Below the pieces are notes generated by a model. That model saw nothing but the letters and a program-made list of their open reading frames with translations. It did not search any database and was not told the origin of the DNA. Positions 1 through 9,528 of a stretch of 64,000 nt of DNA are shown here, piece after piece; the first letter of the stretch is position 1; every line of letters begins with the position of its first letter. The stretch comes from Candidatus Dormiibacterota bacterium (GTDB lineage Bacteria > Chloroflexota > Dormibacteria > Aeolococcales > Aeolococcaceae). Position numbers and translations under genes: made by a program. The stretch spans positions 4,158 to 68,157 of the forward strand of contig JAFARE010000029.1 in the NCBI GenBank assembly GCA_019245575.1, in the 5' to 3' direction.

Positions 1-2
1 AG

Positions 3-308
3 CGGCTGACCGCGGGGCGCACGGTCATCGTCATCTCGCATCGCCTGAGCACGCTCGGGCATGTGGACGAGATCGCCGTGCTCGAAGCAGGGCGCATCGT
101 CGAGCGCGGCACCTATCAGGAGCTGAAGCGCCTCGGAGGCAGCTTCGCGCATCTGCTCACCGAACAGAACCGCTACGCCGCCGAACCGATCATGCTCCCT
201 GCGCTGAACGGCCGAGCCGCCGCTGTGAACGGCGCCCGCGCAAACGGCAGCAAGCCGAGGTCCGTGGAGCTGCAGGGGCGTCGCGCGGCCGCGGAGAAGC
301 GCCGATGA
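3..308 (+). CDS. ABC transporter ATP-binding/permease protein, C-terminal end (5' partial)
   Basis: The frame from base 3 reads [42 protein letters not shown]-loop (SHRLST) and tail typical of ABC exporters. Stop overlaps the next ATG (ATGA). Confidence 0.9.
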   Translation, partial: RLTAGRTVIVISHRLSTLGHVDEIAVLEAGRIVERGTYQELKRLGGSFAHLLTEQNRYAAEPIMLPALNGRAAAVNGARANGSKPRSVELQGRRAAAEKRR

Positions 309-2602
309 CGGGCAGAACCGCCGGCCGGCCGCTCGCCGTCGTCACCGGTGCCGCGGGTTTCATCGGCAGCTGGCTCTCCGAGGCGTTGCTCGCCGCGGGT
401 TGGCACGTGCGCGGCGTCGACTCGCTGACGCGCGCGTATGACCCCGCAATGAAGCGCGCGAATGTCGCAGCGCTCGCGGCGCATCCCGCGTTCAGCTTTG
501 TGCAGGCAGACCTCGCGTGCACCGCCTCCGACGAGCTGCTGGGCGGGGCCGACGCCGTCATCCACCTTGCGGCCGAGCCGCGCTCCAGCAGCTCGTGGGG
601 CGCGAGCTTCAGCCGCTACATCGAGCGCAACGTGCTCGTCACCGAGCAGCTGCTCGACTCGGCCGCGGCCATGCACGTGTGGCGCTTCATCTACGCGTCC
701 AGCGCGTCCGTGTACGGCAGCAGCAGCGTTCCCCTCAGCGAGTCCGCCGTGCCCCATCCGGTCAACCCCTACGCCGCCAGCAAGCTCGCGGGAGAGCATG
801 TGGCGGGCGTGCACGCCTCGCAGGGGCTGCCGGTCGTGATCCTGCGCTACTTCTCCGTGTACGGGCCGCGTCAGCGACCGGACATGGCCGTGCACCAGTT
901 CGTCGCCGCGGCACTCGACCGCCGGCCGCTCACGATCGCCGGCTCTGGCGCGCAGGTGCGCGACATGACGTACGTGGGCGACGCGGTGGCGGCGACCGTC
1001 GCTGCGCTTCAGGCGCCGCTCGCGCCCGGATCCGTCATCAACGTCGCCGGCGGGCATCCCTTGACGATGCGGCAGCTCGCATACGAGGTTGCGGCGATCG
1101 CCGGCCATGCCTCGCCCGAGATCATCGAAGAGCCGGCGCGCGACGGCGACGTCATGCACTGTGTCGCGTCGACGGACCTGGCGCGGAGCGCCCTCGGCTG
1201 GACGCCCGTCACCGCGCTCTCCGAAGGGCTTCGGCGTCAGGTGGAATGGCAGGCGGAGCGACGCCGCGAGCTGCACCGCCAGGAGCACGCCACCGGGTCG
1301 CGCCCCATGCGCGCGCAACCGCGCGGGCCGAGGCTGATGATCTACTCGCAGGACGGGCTCGGCCTCGGGCACCTGCGCCGAGCCAGCTCCATCGCCTCGG
1401 CGTTCCTCGAGCGAGAGCCCAGCGGCTGGGTGCTCACGACGTCGGACTCACCGATGGGCACGCTGCTCCACGACGTGCACAACCACGACTATCTGAAGCT
1501 GCCGTCGATCGTCAAGAGCGGGCCGGGCGACTGGCATCCGCTGTCGTTCCCGCTCGATTTCGCGCACCTGCGCCAGCTGCGCACCCGCCTGATCCTCGAG
1601 GCGGCGAACGCCTTCGAACCCGATGTGCTGCTCGTCGACCACATGCCCCACGGCGCGATGGGCGAGATGCTTCCCGTGCTCGAGGCGCTGCGCGGCGAAT
1701 CGGCGCAGATCATCCTCGGCCTGCGCGACATCCTCGACGCGCCGGAGATCGTGCACCAGCGCTGGGAGCAGGAGGGCGCGTTCGAGGCGCTCTCGCGCTA
1801 CTACGACGGCGTGCTCGTCTACGGATCGCGCGAGGTCTTCGACGTGTGCCGGGAGTACGGGTGGCCCCAGCATCTCGCAGACCTCGTCCGCTACTGCGGC
1901 TTCATCTGCACCCCGCAGACACCGGAGGACGCGCGCCGCATCCGCGCGCGGCGGCTGGGGGGAGCCGACCGGGGCACGATGATCGCAGCGATGGCGGGCG
2001 GTGGCGCGGACGCCCATGAGCTGATGAGCGCCCTCCTCGACGCGCTGGCGCTCATTCACGCGGACCAGCCCTGCGTGCTCGAGATCGTGACGGGACCCTT
2101 CATGCCGGACCACCAGCGGCTCGACCTGAAACGCCGAGCCGAGTCGCTGCCGGTTCGCCTGCGGCGCATGGTGAGCGACCCGCTCAGCCGCGTCGCCGCC
2201 GCCGACCTGGTTGTTGCCATGGCCGGCTACAACACCACGATGGAGGTGCTGCGGCTCGGCACGCCGGCGCTGCTGGTGCCGCGGCGAGGCCCCAGCCAGG
2301 AGCAGCGCATGCGAGCCACGCGGTTCGCGGAGCTGGGCTGGGTGTCACAGCTCGATCCGGACGAGCTCACGCCGCGCACGCTCGCCGACGCGGTGCTCGA
2401 CGCGCTCGCCCGCCGCGAGCATCGCGCGCCCGCAATCGCGCCCGACCTGGGCGGCCTGCAGCGTGCAGCTGACCACCTGCAGCATGCGGCCAATCTCGCG
2501 CGACACGAGGCTGTCTTCGAGGTGGTCGGCGTCCCCGCTTCGCATCATCCGCACGACGCGGCGCCGGAGGCCGGCCTGAGCGACGCGCTGAGCGCGTCAT
2601 GA
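305..2602 (+). CDS. Fusion of NAD-dependent sugar-nucleotide epimerase/dehydratase and GT-B glycosyltransferase (COG4671-like)
   Basis: N-terminal [34 protein letters not shown]-terminal [39 protein letters not shown]. Confidence 0.88.
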   Translation: MTGRTAGRPLAVVTGAAGFIGSWLSEALLAAGWHVRGVDSLTRAYDPAMKRANVAALAAHPAFSFVQADLACTASDELLGGADAVIHLAAEPRSSSSWGASFSRYIERNVLVTEQLLDSAAAMHVWRFIYASSASVYGSSSVPLSESAVPHPVNPYAASKLAGEHVAGVHASQGLPVVILRYFSVYGPRQRPDMAVHQFVAAALDRRPLTIAGSGAQVRDMTYVGDAVAATVAALQAPLAPGSVINVAGGHPLTMRQLAYEVAAIAGHASPEIIEEPARDGDVMHCVASTDLARSALGWTPVTALSEGLRRQVEWQAERRRELHRQEHATGSRPMRAQPRGPRLMIYSQDGLGLGHLRRASSIASAFLEREPSGWVLTTSDSPMGTLLHDVHNHDYLKLPSIVKSGPGDWHPLSFPLDFAHLRQLRTRLILEAANAFEPDVLLVDHMPHGAMGEMLPVLEALRGESAQIILGLRDILDAPEIVHQRWEQEGAFEALSRYYDGVLVYGSREVFDVCREYGWPQHLADLVRYCGFICTPQTPEDARRIRARRLGGADRGTMIAAMAGGGADAHELMSALLDALALIHADQPCVLEIVTGPFMPDHQRLDLKRRAESLPVRLRRMVSDPLSRVAAADLVVAMAGYNTTMEVLRLGTPALLVPRRGPSQEQRMRATRFAELGWVSQLDPDELTPRTLADAVLDALARREHRAPAIAPDLGGLQRAADHLQHAANLARHEAVFEVVGVPASHHPHDAAPEAGLSDALSAS

Positions 2603-3939
2603 CCGCCGCCCCGGCACCCCCCGGCGTCGTGCGCTCCGTCCGGCGCAAGCCGGGCAAGGCCGTGTTCATCCTGTACCGCCGTCACGACGGCGCCGTGCTC
2701 TGCCTCAACGTGGATGAGCGCGTCGCCGGCCCGGTCAGCAGCGGTGACATACCAGAGCTGGTGCACCGGCTGGAACACGCGGCGGGGAACGAGCCCTCCG
2801 CCGCCGAAGCAAGTGGCGTCTCCGTCCACGCTTTGCCCGAGGATCCCGGGCTGCCTGCGCTGCCCGCCGCATGGCATCCCACCGCAGGCGACGATCTCTG
2901 CGTCGGGCTGCAGGAGATGTTGAGCATCCGCGCTGAGCGTCGTGTGAACGTGGTGGACATCACCGCCATACCGCGGCACTACAAGCCGGGAAGCCGCTGC
3001 GTCATCGAGTACCGCTTGACGGTGCAGCACCCCGACGCCGCTTCGGTGGTCACGCAGGCGGTGTACGGCAAGCTGTTCGCCAAGCCTGCGCAGGCGCGCG
3101 ACATGGACGCTTCGTTGCGTCTCGTGGAGGCCGCATGCGAAGACGACGGCGCGGCGTTTCCGCGATGGAGCCCGAGGTCGCTCGGGGTGTGCGAGCCGCT
3201 GGGCATGTGCATCGTCGAGGCAGCTGGGACAAACGGCGACCTGCGCTCGGGCACGACCGTGCTGCGCCCGCACCGCGCCGCCCAAGCCGCACGCGCGCCA
3301 TGCATCCCCGTTGCCGAGCTCGAGCTCGCCGCCGGCGCACTGGTGCGGCTGCACACCTCGTCCATCGCGGCGGGCGGCCTGGAAGCGCGGAGCGCCCACT
3401 ACGAAGCCGAGCGCGCCGTGGAGCGGGGCGACCTCATTGCGGCGTATCACCCCGGTATGAGCGACGAGATTCACGCCGCGGCGCAGCGCGTGGCGGCGTC
3501 ACTCACCGAGCAGGCGGCGGCCGTCTCCCTCCCCTGTCACGGCAGCTACAAGCGCAGCCAGCTCGTGTACCCGTCCGACGGGACGGTCACGGTGGTGGAC
3601 TGGGATAGCATGTGCGCCGCCGACCCAGCACTCGACCTGGGTTGCTTCCTCGCCCACCTTCGCCCCGCCGGCATCTGGCAGGGGCGCCGCGCAGCACGCG
3701 CCTGGTTCGACGCCGCGTCATCGTTCTGGACCGACGCGTACGCGCGCGGCATGACGGCGCGGGGCGTGCCCCACGACGTCGTCGCGGGAATCGTCGGGCG
3801 CAGCGCGGCGTACGAGGCGGCCACGCTGCTCAAGATGGCGACGCGGCGGCTGCGCCGCCTCCAGAGTCCACGACCGCAGGAACTGCGCGCGACACTCGCC
3901 GCCGCGAGCTGCTGCCTCGCCGCCGATGCTGCCGCCTGA
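2599..3939 (+). CDS. APH/choline-kinase-like phosphotransferase family protein (catalytic loop HGS, probable pseudokinase)
   Basis: VYGKLF, LVRLH, CHGSYKRSQL, VVDWD, DPALDLGCFLAHL; ATGA overlap with the upstream gene. Confidence 0.8.
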   Translation: MTAAPAPPGVVRSVRRKPGKAVFILYRRHDGAVLCLNVDERVAGPVSSGDIPELVHRLEHAAGNEPSAAEASGVSVHALPEDPGLPALPAAWHPTAGDDLCVGLQEMLSIRAERRVNVVDITAIPRHYKPGSRCVIEYRLTVQHPDAASVVTQAVYGKLFAKPAQARDMDASLRLVEAACEDDGAAFPRWSPRSLGVCEPLGMCIVEAAGTNGDLRSGTTVLRPHRAAQAARAPCIPVAELELAAGALVRLHTSSIAAGGLEARSAHYEAERAVERGDLIAAYHPGMSDEIHAAAQRVAASLTEQAAAVSLPCHGSYKRSQLVYPSDGTVTVVDWDSMCAADPALDLGCFLAHLRPAGIWQGRRAARAWFDAASSFWTDAYARGMTARGVPHDVVAGIVGRSAAYEAATLLKMATRRLRRLQSPRPQELRATLAAASCCLAADAAA

Positions 3940-5131
3940 GCTCGACCCTGCGCTCCCCGCCGCCGAAGCCGCGGTGGACACGGCAGCGGTTGCAGACGCG
4001 TTCCTGCGCTGCTGGCAGGGGCCCGGCCCGGCGCCCTCGGTGCGCGAGTGCGCGCCGGCATATGTGCGCTGGTGGCCGGGCGCCGAGCTGGTGGCGACCT
4101 TCACGCTGAAGCTGGAGGCTCCGTCTCCGCCGGGAGCGACGCTGATCAGCGTGTCGGTCCGCCCCGAGGGGACGCGTTACGCGCTGCTCGCCGCTGACAT
4201 CGGGCTGGACGGGCTTTCGCGGGCGACCGACCCCACGGCGATGACACCGGTGCTGCGCGACGCACTGCGGAGGGACATCCCCGCGTGCGCCATCACACCG
4301 GTGCGCTACCGCCCCATGCGGCGGTGTGTGCTGCGCTTTGACGTCGCGCCGGATGCGGCATCGGAAAGCGTCTACGGCAAGGTCCTTCGCGCCACTGAGG
4401 CGACAGCGCTGGCCGTCACGCTCCCGCTGCTGGGCGACATGGTCGCTCCGGTGCTGGCCACGGTGCCGCAGTGGGGCCTGATCATCCAGGCGAGCACCGG
4501 CGGCGACAGCCTGAACCGCGTGGGCAAGTCCGCCGCCACGCACTCCGACCTCGAGATGGTTGCCGGCGCCGCCCGGCTGCTCGCCCGCCTGCACGGCGCG
4601 TCCATCGACGCCGCTTCACGCACGCTGCAGGACGACGCGCATTCGCTGCTCGAGTTCGCGCCGGCGTGCGAGCGTTTCGCCCCCGGCGTGGCGGCGCGCC
4701 TTCGCGACGCCGCCGGACGGGTCGGATCGTTCCCCTCCAGCGACGACCTGGTGCCGAGCCACGGCGCATTCCGCCTCGACCAGGTGCACATCACGCAACG
4801 GGGCCCGGTGCTCATCGACGTCGACTCCTTCTGCGCGTCGGAGCGCGAGCGCGACCTGGGCAATCTCTTTGCCTACCTGTGCTGGCGCGCGATCCGGCGG
4901 CCGGACGCCGGCGACGCCGTCGACAGCGTCCGGACTCAGTTCCTGTCCGCGTACGAGCGCGCCGCGTCGCGACGCGTCGACGCCGAGCGGCTGCGTCTGT
5001 ATGAGGCGGTGTCGCTCCTCAAGATCGCGGGACGGCGATACCCGCGGCTGAAGACCGCCGAGTGGCCGCTCGTGCCGCAGCTGATCGACGCGGCAATCAC
5101 GCTGCTCGCCCCCGCGCCGGTGGCGCGATGA
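3926..5131 (+). CDS. APH-like phosphotransferase family protein (HGA, probable pseudokinase)
   Basis: VYGKVL, LARLH, SHGAFRLDQV, LIDVD, ERDLGNLFAYL. Confidence 0.8.
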   Translation: MLPPELDPALPAAEAAVDTAAVADAFLRCWQGPGPAPSVRECAPAYVRWWPGAELVATFTLKLEAPSPPGATLISVSVRPEGTRYALLAADIGLDGLSRATDPTAMTPVLRDALRRDIPACAITPVRYRPMRRCVLRFDVAPDAASESVYGKVLRATEATALAVTLPLLGDMVAPVLATVPQWGLIIQASTGGDSLNRVGKSAATHSDLEMVAGAARLLARLHGASIDAASRTLQDDAHSLLEFAPACERFAPGVAARLRDAAGRVGSFPSSDDLVPSHGAFRLDQVHITQRGPVLIDVDSFCASERERDLGNLFAYLCWRAIRRPDAGDAVDSVRTQFLSAYERAASRRVDAERLRLYEAVSLLKIAGRRYPRLKTAEWPLVPQLIDAAITLLAPAPVAR

Positions 5132-6111
5132 GGCCGGCCCACACCGCCGAGGGCGCGCTGGACGCACTCCCCCGCTGCGTCGATGCCGCATACGTGTCCG
5201 CGCGCCTCGCCGAGGCAGGCGCCGGCGGCACCGTCCTGGCTGCGGATGTCGTGTCCATCGCGCCGGGGAAGCGAGCTGTGGTGCGCTACGCGGTTCGCTC
5301 CGCAGACGGCTCGGACGTCACATACATCGGCAAGCTCTACGCGGACAGCGCGCGCGCGCAGCGAGCGCACGACGTCATGGCGGCGGTGCACTCCGCGATC
5401 ACCCGCCATGACGGCCTCACCTCGCCGCATCCGGTGGTGCTGCTGGGCGACCTCGGGCTGCTGCTGCAATCCGCGGTGGCCGGCGCCACGCTCGACCGGG
5501 TCCCACCGCCGGAACGTGTCGCTGCTGCGCGCGGCGCCGGGCGATGGCTGGCCGCGTTGCACGGGTCGAGGCTGAAGCCGGATCGCGCCGTGAACCCGGA
5601 TTCGGAGGCGCGCAAGACGGCTGAGCGCGCAGCGCGGATCGCTGCATCCGACACGCGGCTGGCCGCCGCCGCCGCGCAGCTGCACCGCGCGGTTACGCAC
5701 GCGACCATCGATCCCCCGGCGTCTGGCGTGCCACTGCATCGAGACTTTCACTATCAGCACGTCGTCGTCGCGGGCGACACGGTCGCCGCGATCGACCTCG
5801 ACGAGGTGCGCGGCGGCGAAGCGGCAATCGACGTCGCCCACTTCTGCGCGTACCTCCACCTCCTTGTGATGCGCGAGGCAGGTGAGCAGGATCAGAGCGG
5901 CGCACTGGAGACGGCATTCCTCGGCGGGTATGCAGGCGATGCCGCACGCGCGCTCGACGCCCGCGAACGCGTCCATTTCGCCAACACGTGCCTCAAGCTC
6001 GCCGACCAGATCGTGCGCGGACGCGGCCCGGCGCCGGCGCCGGTCGGAGCGGATCGCACGCGTGAGGCAGCGTTCCTCCTGGAGGACGGCCGGAGATGCC
6101 TGGAGAGCTGA
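5128..6111 (+). CDS. APH-like phosphotransferase family protein (HRD intact)
   Basis: Start placed at the ATGA overlap 5128-5131; YIGKLY, LAALH, LHRDFHYQHV, AIDLD, DVAHFCAYL. Confidence 0.82.
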   Translation: MRPAHTAEGALDALPRCVDAAYVSARLAEAGAGGTVLAADVVSIAPGKRAVVRYAVRSADGSDVTYIGKLYADSARAQRAHDVMAAVHSAITRHDGLTSPHPVVLLGDLGLLLQSAVAGATLDRVPPPERVAAARGAGRWLAALHGSRLKPDRAVNPDSEARKTAERAARIAASDTRLAAAAAQLHRAVTHATIDPPASGVPLHRDFHYQHVVVAGDTVAAIDLDEVRGGEAAIDVAHFCAYLHLLVMREAGEQDQSGALETAFLGGYAGDAARALDARERVHFANTCLKLADQIVRGRGPAPAPVGADRTREAAFLLEDGRRCLES

Positions 6112-7340
6112 GGGTCGCCTACATCCTGCGCAGCTGGCCGCGGCTGTCACAGACGTTCATCCTCAACGAGGTGCTCGAGCTCGAGCGCGCCGGCGTGAGC
6201 GTGACGCTGTTCCCGCTCGCCCGCGCCGATGACGCGCTGGTGCAGCCGCAGGTCGCCGACGTCCGCGCCACGGTACGCTACCTGGACGCGCGCGCCCTCG
6301 CACGAGCGCGCATGCACCTCGCAGTCGCGCTCGACACGCCTGGCCGCTACCTGGCGACTCTCGTCTTCGTGCTCGCCCACCGCGAGCTGCGCGGGCACTA
6401 CACCAAGAGCAACGCGCTGCAGGCATTCGACGCGGCCGTGCAGGCAGCCTGGCACCTGCGCGCACGCGGCTCGGTGCGGTGCACCCACGTGCACGCGCAC
6501 TTCGCGCACGACCCCGCGTTCGTCGGCGTGCTGGTGCGGCGTCTCACGGGCCTCTCGTTCACCTTCACGGCGCACGCGCGCGACCTGTACCAGATCCCCA
6601 GGGTCGCGCTGCAGGGCCGGGCGCGCGAAGCCGAGGCGGTGGTCACGTGCTGCGCGAGCAACGCGCGTTACATCGAGGACGTGATCCGTGACACGGCTCC
6701 CGTCGAGCTCGTGTACCACGGTGTGGATCTGCGCCGCTTCCATCCCGCGGACCTGCCGGCACGCGGCAGCATCCCGCACATCGTCTCGGTGGGACGGCTC
6801 ATCCCCAAGAAGGGCTTCGACGACCTGCTTCGCGCGTGCGCGGTGCTCCATCGCAAGGGCATTGCCTTCAGCTGCGAGGTGTTCGGCGAGGGCCCGCTTC
6901 GCGGCCGCCTCGAGGTGCTGCGCGACGAGCTGGGGCTCGCCGGGGTGGTGCGCTTCTGCGGGGCGCGCACGCAGCGGGAGCTCCTCGACGCGTACACGTC
7001 AGCGGACATCTTCGCGCTCACGCCGTGCGTGACCGAGGACGGCGACCGTGACGGGGTGCCCAACGTGCTCCTCGAGGCCATGGCGTGCGGGCTGCCGGTC
7101 GTGGTGACGCGTGCCGGCGGTGTCGAGGAGGTGGTGCGCCACGAGGTCGACGGTCTCGTGGCCGATGCGCGCAGCCCGGAACAGGTCGCGCGGTGCCTCG
7201 AGCTGCTGCTCACGGACGCGGCGCTGCGCTCGCGGCTGGGCGCAGGCGCCCTGAACGCGGCACAGCGCTTTGACGGGCGCGATGCCGCACGGCGGCTGGT
7301 CGCGCTCTTCAGCCACACCGCACCGGCACCTGCGCCATGA
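6096..7340 (+). CDS. Glycosyltransferase family 4 (WcaL-like)
   Basis: WPRLSQTFILNE, HVHAHFA, FTAHARD, VGRLIPKKG, DRDGVPNVLLEAMACG. Confidence 0.92.
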   Translation: MPGELRVAYILRSWPRLSQTFILNEVLELERAGVSVTLFPLARADDALVQPQVADVRATVRYLDARALARARMHLAVALDTPGRYLATLVFVLAHRELRGHYTKSNALQAFDAAVQAAWHLRARGSVRCTHVHAHFAHDPAFVGVLVRRLTGLSFTFTAHARDLYQIPRVALQGRAREAEAVVTCCASNARYIEDVIRDTAPVELVYHGVDLRRFHPADLPARGSIPHIVSVGRLIPKKGFDDLLRACAVLHRKGIAFSCEVFGEGPLRGRLEVLRDELGLAGVVRFCGARTQRELLDAYTSADIFALTPCVTEDGDRDGVPNVLLEAMACGLPVVVTRAGGVEEVVRHEVDGLVADARSPEQVARCLELLLTDAALRSRLGAGALNAAQRFDGRDAARRLVALFSHTAPAPAP

Positions 7341-8692
7341 GCGTCTCGCTCGCTCAGGTGGCCGCACCCCAGGAGAACGCCGGCCTGCACGGCGACCTTC
7401 CGCACCTCGAGGCAGCCCTCGACCCGGAGCGGATGCGCGACGAGCTGGACGCGCTCCTCTTCGCGGGCACCGGCACGACCCTCCTGCGCTGCGGACGGCC
7501 GAAGCCGGAGGTCGGCGACGTGGGCTGCTCCATCCACTACCCGCTCCTGGTGCGGGACGCGTCCGGCACGGAGAGCCAGCGGCTGGCGCTCGCCGTGATG
7601 CTCCCTGGCGAGGGCGACGCCGAGCACTTTCATGCGCGGGAGCTGAGCCCGATCGCGGCGCGGCAACCGGCAGCCCCGGCAGGTGGGCCGCGCGCCACCG
7701 GCGTGCTCTCACACCTCCGGCTGGCGGTGAGCCTCTTCCCCGTCAGCGCAGCGCACCCCACGCTCGTGCTCGCTGCGGATCGCGAACTGGCCACCGCAGC
7801 GCTGCGCCCGCTGCTCCAGGGCAGCGACGCGGCCGTCACCGACGTTGTGCTGGTGCGGCTGCGCCGCTCACGGGGATGTGTGCTCCGGTACGAGCTCGAT
7901 CACGGCGCTCGCACCGCGGTCTTCGGCAAGGTCGGGTACCCCGCTGCCGCCGCAGGCGTCCAGGCGGCCCTCGACGCGCTGCGCGTCTCCGACGGCGCGA
8001 GCCGGGGTTCGGTAGTCTTTCCTCGCGGATTGGGGCGCTCGGCGGAGCTCGACGAGACGTTCGTCGAGGAGCTTCCAGGGAGACCGCCGGAACTTGAGCA
8101 GGAGACTGAACGTGCGCGAGTGGTCGACGTCGCCGCAGCCGTCGCAGCGGTTCTGCACGCGTCCGGCCCCGGCGCCGGGGACGAGCACGGGCTCGACGAC
8201 GAGGTCGCGCGCGCGGCGCGGCCGGTGCAGATGGTCGCGCGTTACGACGCCGGCCTGGCCGGATCGCTGCTCGCCGTGCTGAACGGGGTGACGCGCCAGG
8301 CGGCGCAGGCGCCCGCGGGCGAGCCCGTCTTCTCGCACGGCAGCTTCGCGCCGTCACAGCTGATGTTCGACGGCGACCGAACGGGTCTCCTCGACTTCGA
8401 GCGCGTCTGCCGGGCGGAGCCGGGGTTCGACCTGGGACGCTTCCTCGCGTCGCTGCGGACGTCCGTCTCACGCAAGGGTGCGAGTGACGCCGACGCGCTC
8501 GCGCAGCGCTTTCTCAGCGGCTACGTCGCCGCAGGCGGCAGTGCCGGCGCTGCGCAGCGCGCGTCGCTGTACGAGTGCGCCGCGCTCATCCGCACAGTGG
8601 CGCACAGCTGGCTGCAGCTGAAGACGTCCCGCCTGCAGCACGCTCTCGCAGTCCTCGAGGCGCGCCGCGAGTCGCTCGGTCTGGCCGGATGA
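7337..8692 (+). CDS. APH-like phosphotransferase family protein (HGS, probable pseudokinase)
   Basis: FGKVGY, AVLH, SHGSFAPSQL, LLDFE, EPGFDLGRFLA; ATGA overlap. Confidence 0.8.
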   Translation: MSVSLAQVAAPQENAGLHGDLPHLEAALDPERMRDELDALLFAGTGTTLLRCGRPKPEVGDVGCSIHYPLLVRDASGTESQRLALAVMLPGEGDAEHFHARELSPIAARQPAAPAGGPRATGVLSHLRLAVSLFPVSAAHPTLVLAADRELATAALRPLLQGSDAAVTDVVLVRLRRSRGCVLRYELDHGARTAVFGKVGYPAAAAGVQAALDALRVSDGASRGSVVFPRGLGRSAELDETFVEELPGRPPELEQETERARVVDVAAAVAAVLHASGPGAGDEHGLDDEVARAARPVQMVARYDAGLAGSLLAVLNGVTRQAAQAPAGEPVFSHGSFAPSQLMFDGDRTGLLDFERVCRAEPGFDLGRFLASLRTSVSRKGASDADALAQRFLSGYVAAGGSAGAAQRASLYECAALIRTVAHSWLQLKTSRLQHALAVLEARRESLGLAG

Positions 8693-9528
8693 AGAAGAAG
8701 CCGCTCCGCTTCTGCTTCATTGTGGAGGCGCCGTACCGGAACAGCCGACTGCCCATGGCGGTCGTCGAGCAGCTGCGCGCGTCGGGCCACGAGTGCAGCG
8801 TCATCGAGCCGCAGGTTGCGGTGGCGAACGTCAACGACCTCGCCGGCGACCGCGACTTCGACGCCATCGTGCTGCGCACCGTCTCCAACGGACCCGGGCT
8901 GAGCCTGCTGCACGCGCTGGGGGCGTGCGGTGTCACGACCATCAACGACGCGGAGGCCGTGCTCCGGGTGCGCGACAAGGTGGTCGTGGCCGCCATCGCG
9001 CGCGCGCATGGAATCCCGTTTCCGGACACGTACTTCCTGGCCGAGGCACGGCTCGTGGAGCAGGTGCCGGAACGGCTCTTCCCGCTGGTGGTGAAGCCCA
9101 GCTTCGGCGGGTTCGGCCGTAACATCCGCCTGATCCGCACGCCCCAGGAGGCGATGTCATTCGGCTCCAACGGCGGCCCGCACCACTGGGTGGCGCAGCC
9201 CTGGCTGCCCAACCTCGGATACGACGTGAAGCTGTACAACACGGGTCGCAGCATCCACGCGGTGCGCCGCCGCTCCTCGCTGCTGGGGGGCGCCGACGGC
9301 GACCGCGAGGTGATCCCACTCACCGACGCGATGCGCGATCTCGCGGAGCGCATCGGCGCAGCGTTCCAGCTGGAGATCTACGGGGCCGATGTGGTCGACA
9401 GCACCGAGGGCTGGATCGTCGTCGACGTCAACGACTTTCCGAGCTTCAAGATGATCGACGAGGCGCCGGAAGAGCTGGCGCGGTCCATCGTCGACATCAC
9501 GCGCCGCCGCCTCGCGCCGATCCGATGA
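8689..9528 (+). CDS. ATP-grasp ligase, RimK/LysX-like
   Basis: Start at the ATGA overlap 8689-8692; RDK, PLVVKPSFGGFG, YDVKLY, YGADVV, VVDVNDFPSF. Confidence 0.85.
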   Translation: MKKKPLRFCFIVEAPYRNSRLPMAVVEQLRASGHECSVIEPQVAVANVNDLAGDRDFDAIVLRTVSNGPGLSLLHALGACGVTTINDAEAVLRVRDKVVVAAIARAHGIPFPDTYFLAEARLVEQVPERLFPLVVKPSFGGFGRNIRLIRTPQEAMSFGSNGGPHHWVAQPWLPNLGYDVKLYNTGRSIHAVRRRSSLLGGADGDREVIPLTDAMRDLAERIGAAFQLEIYGADVVDSTEGWIVVDVNDFPSFKMIDEAPEELARSIVDITRRRLAPIR

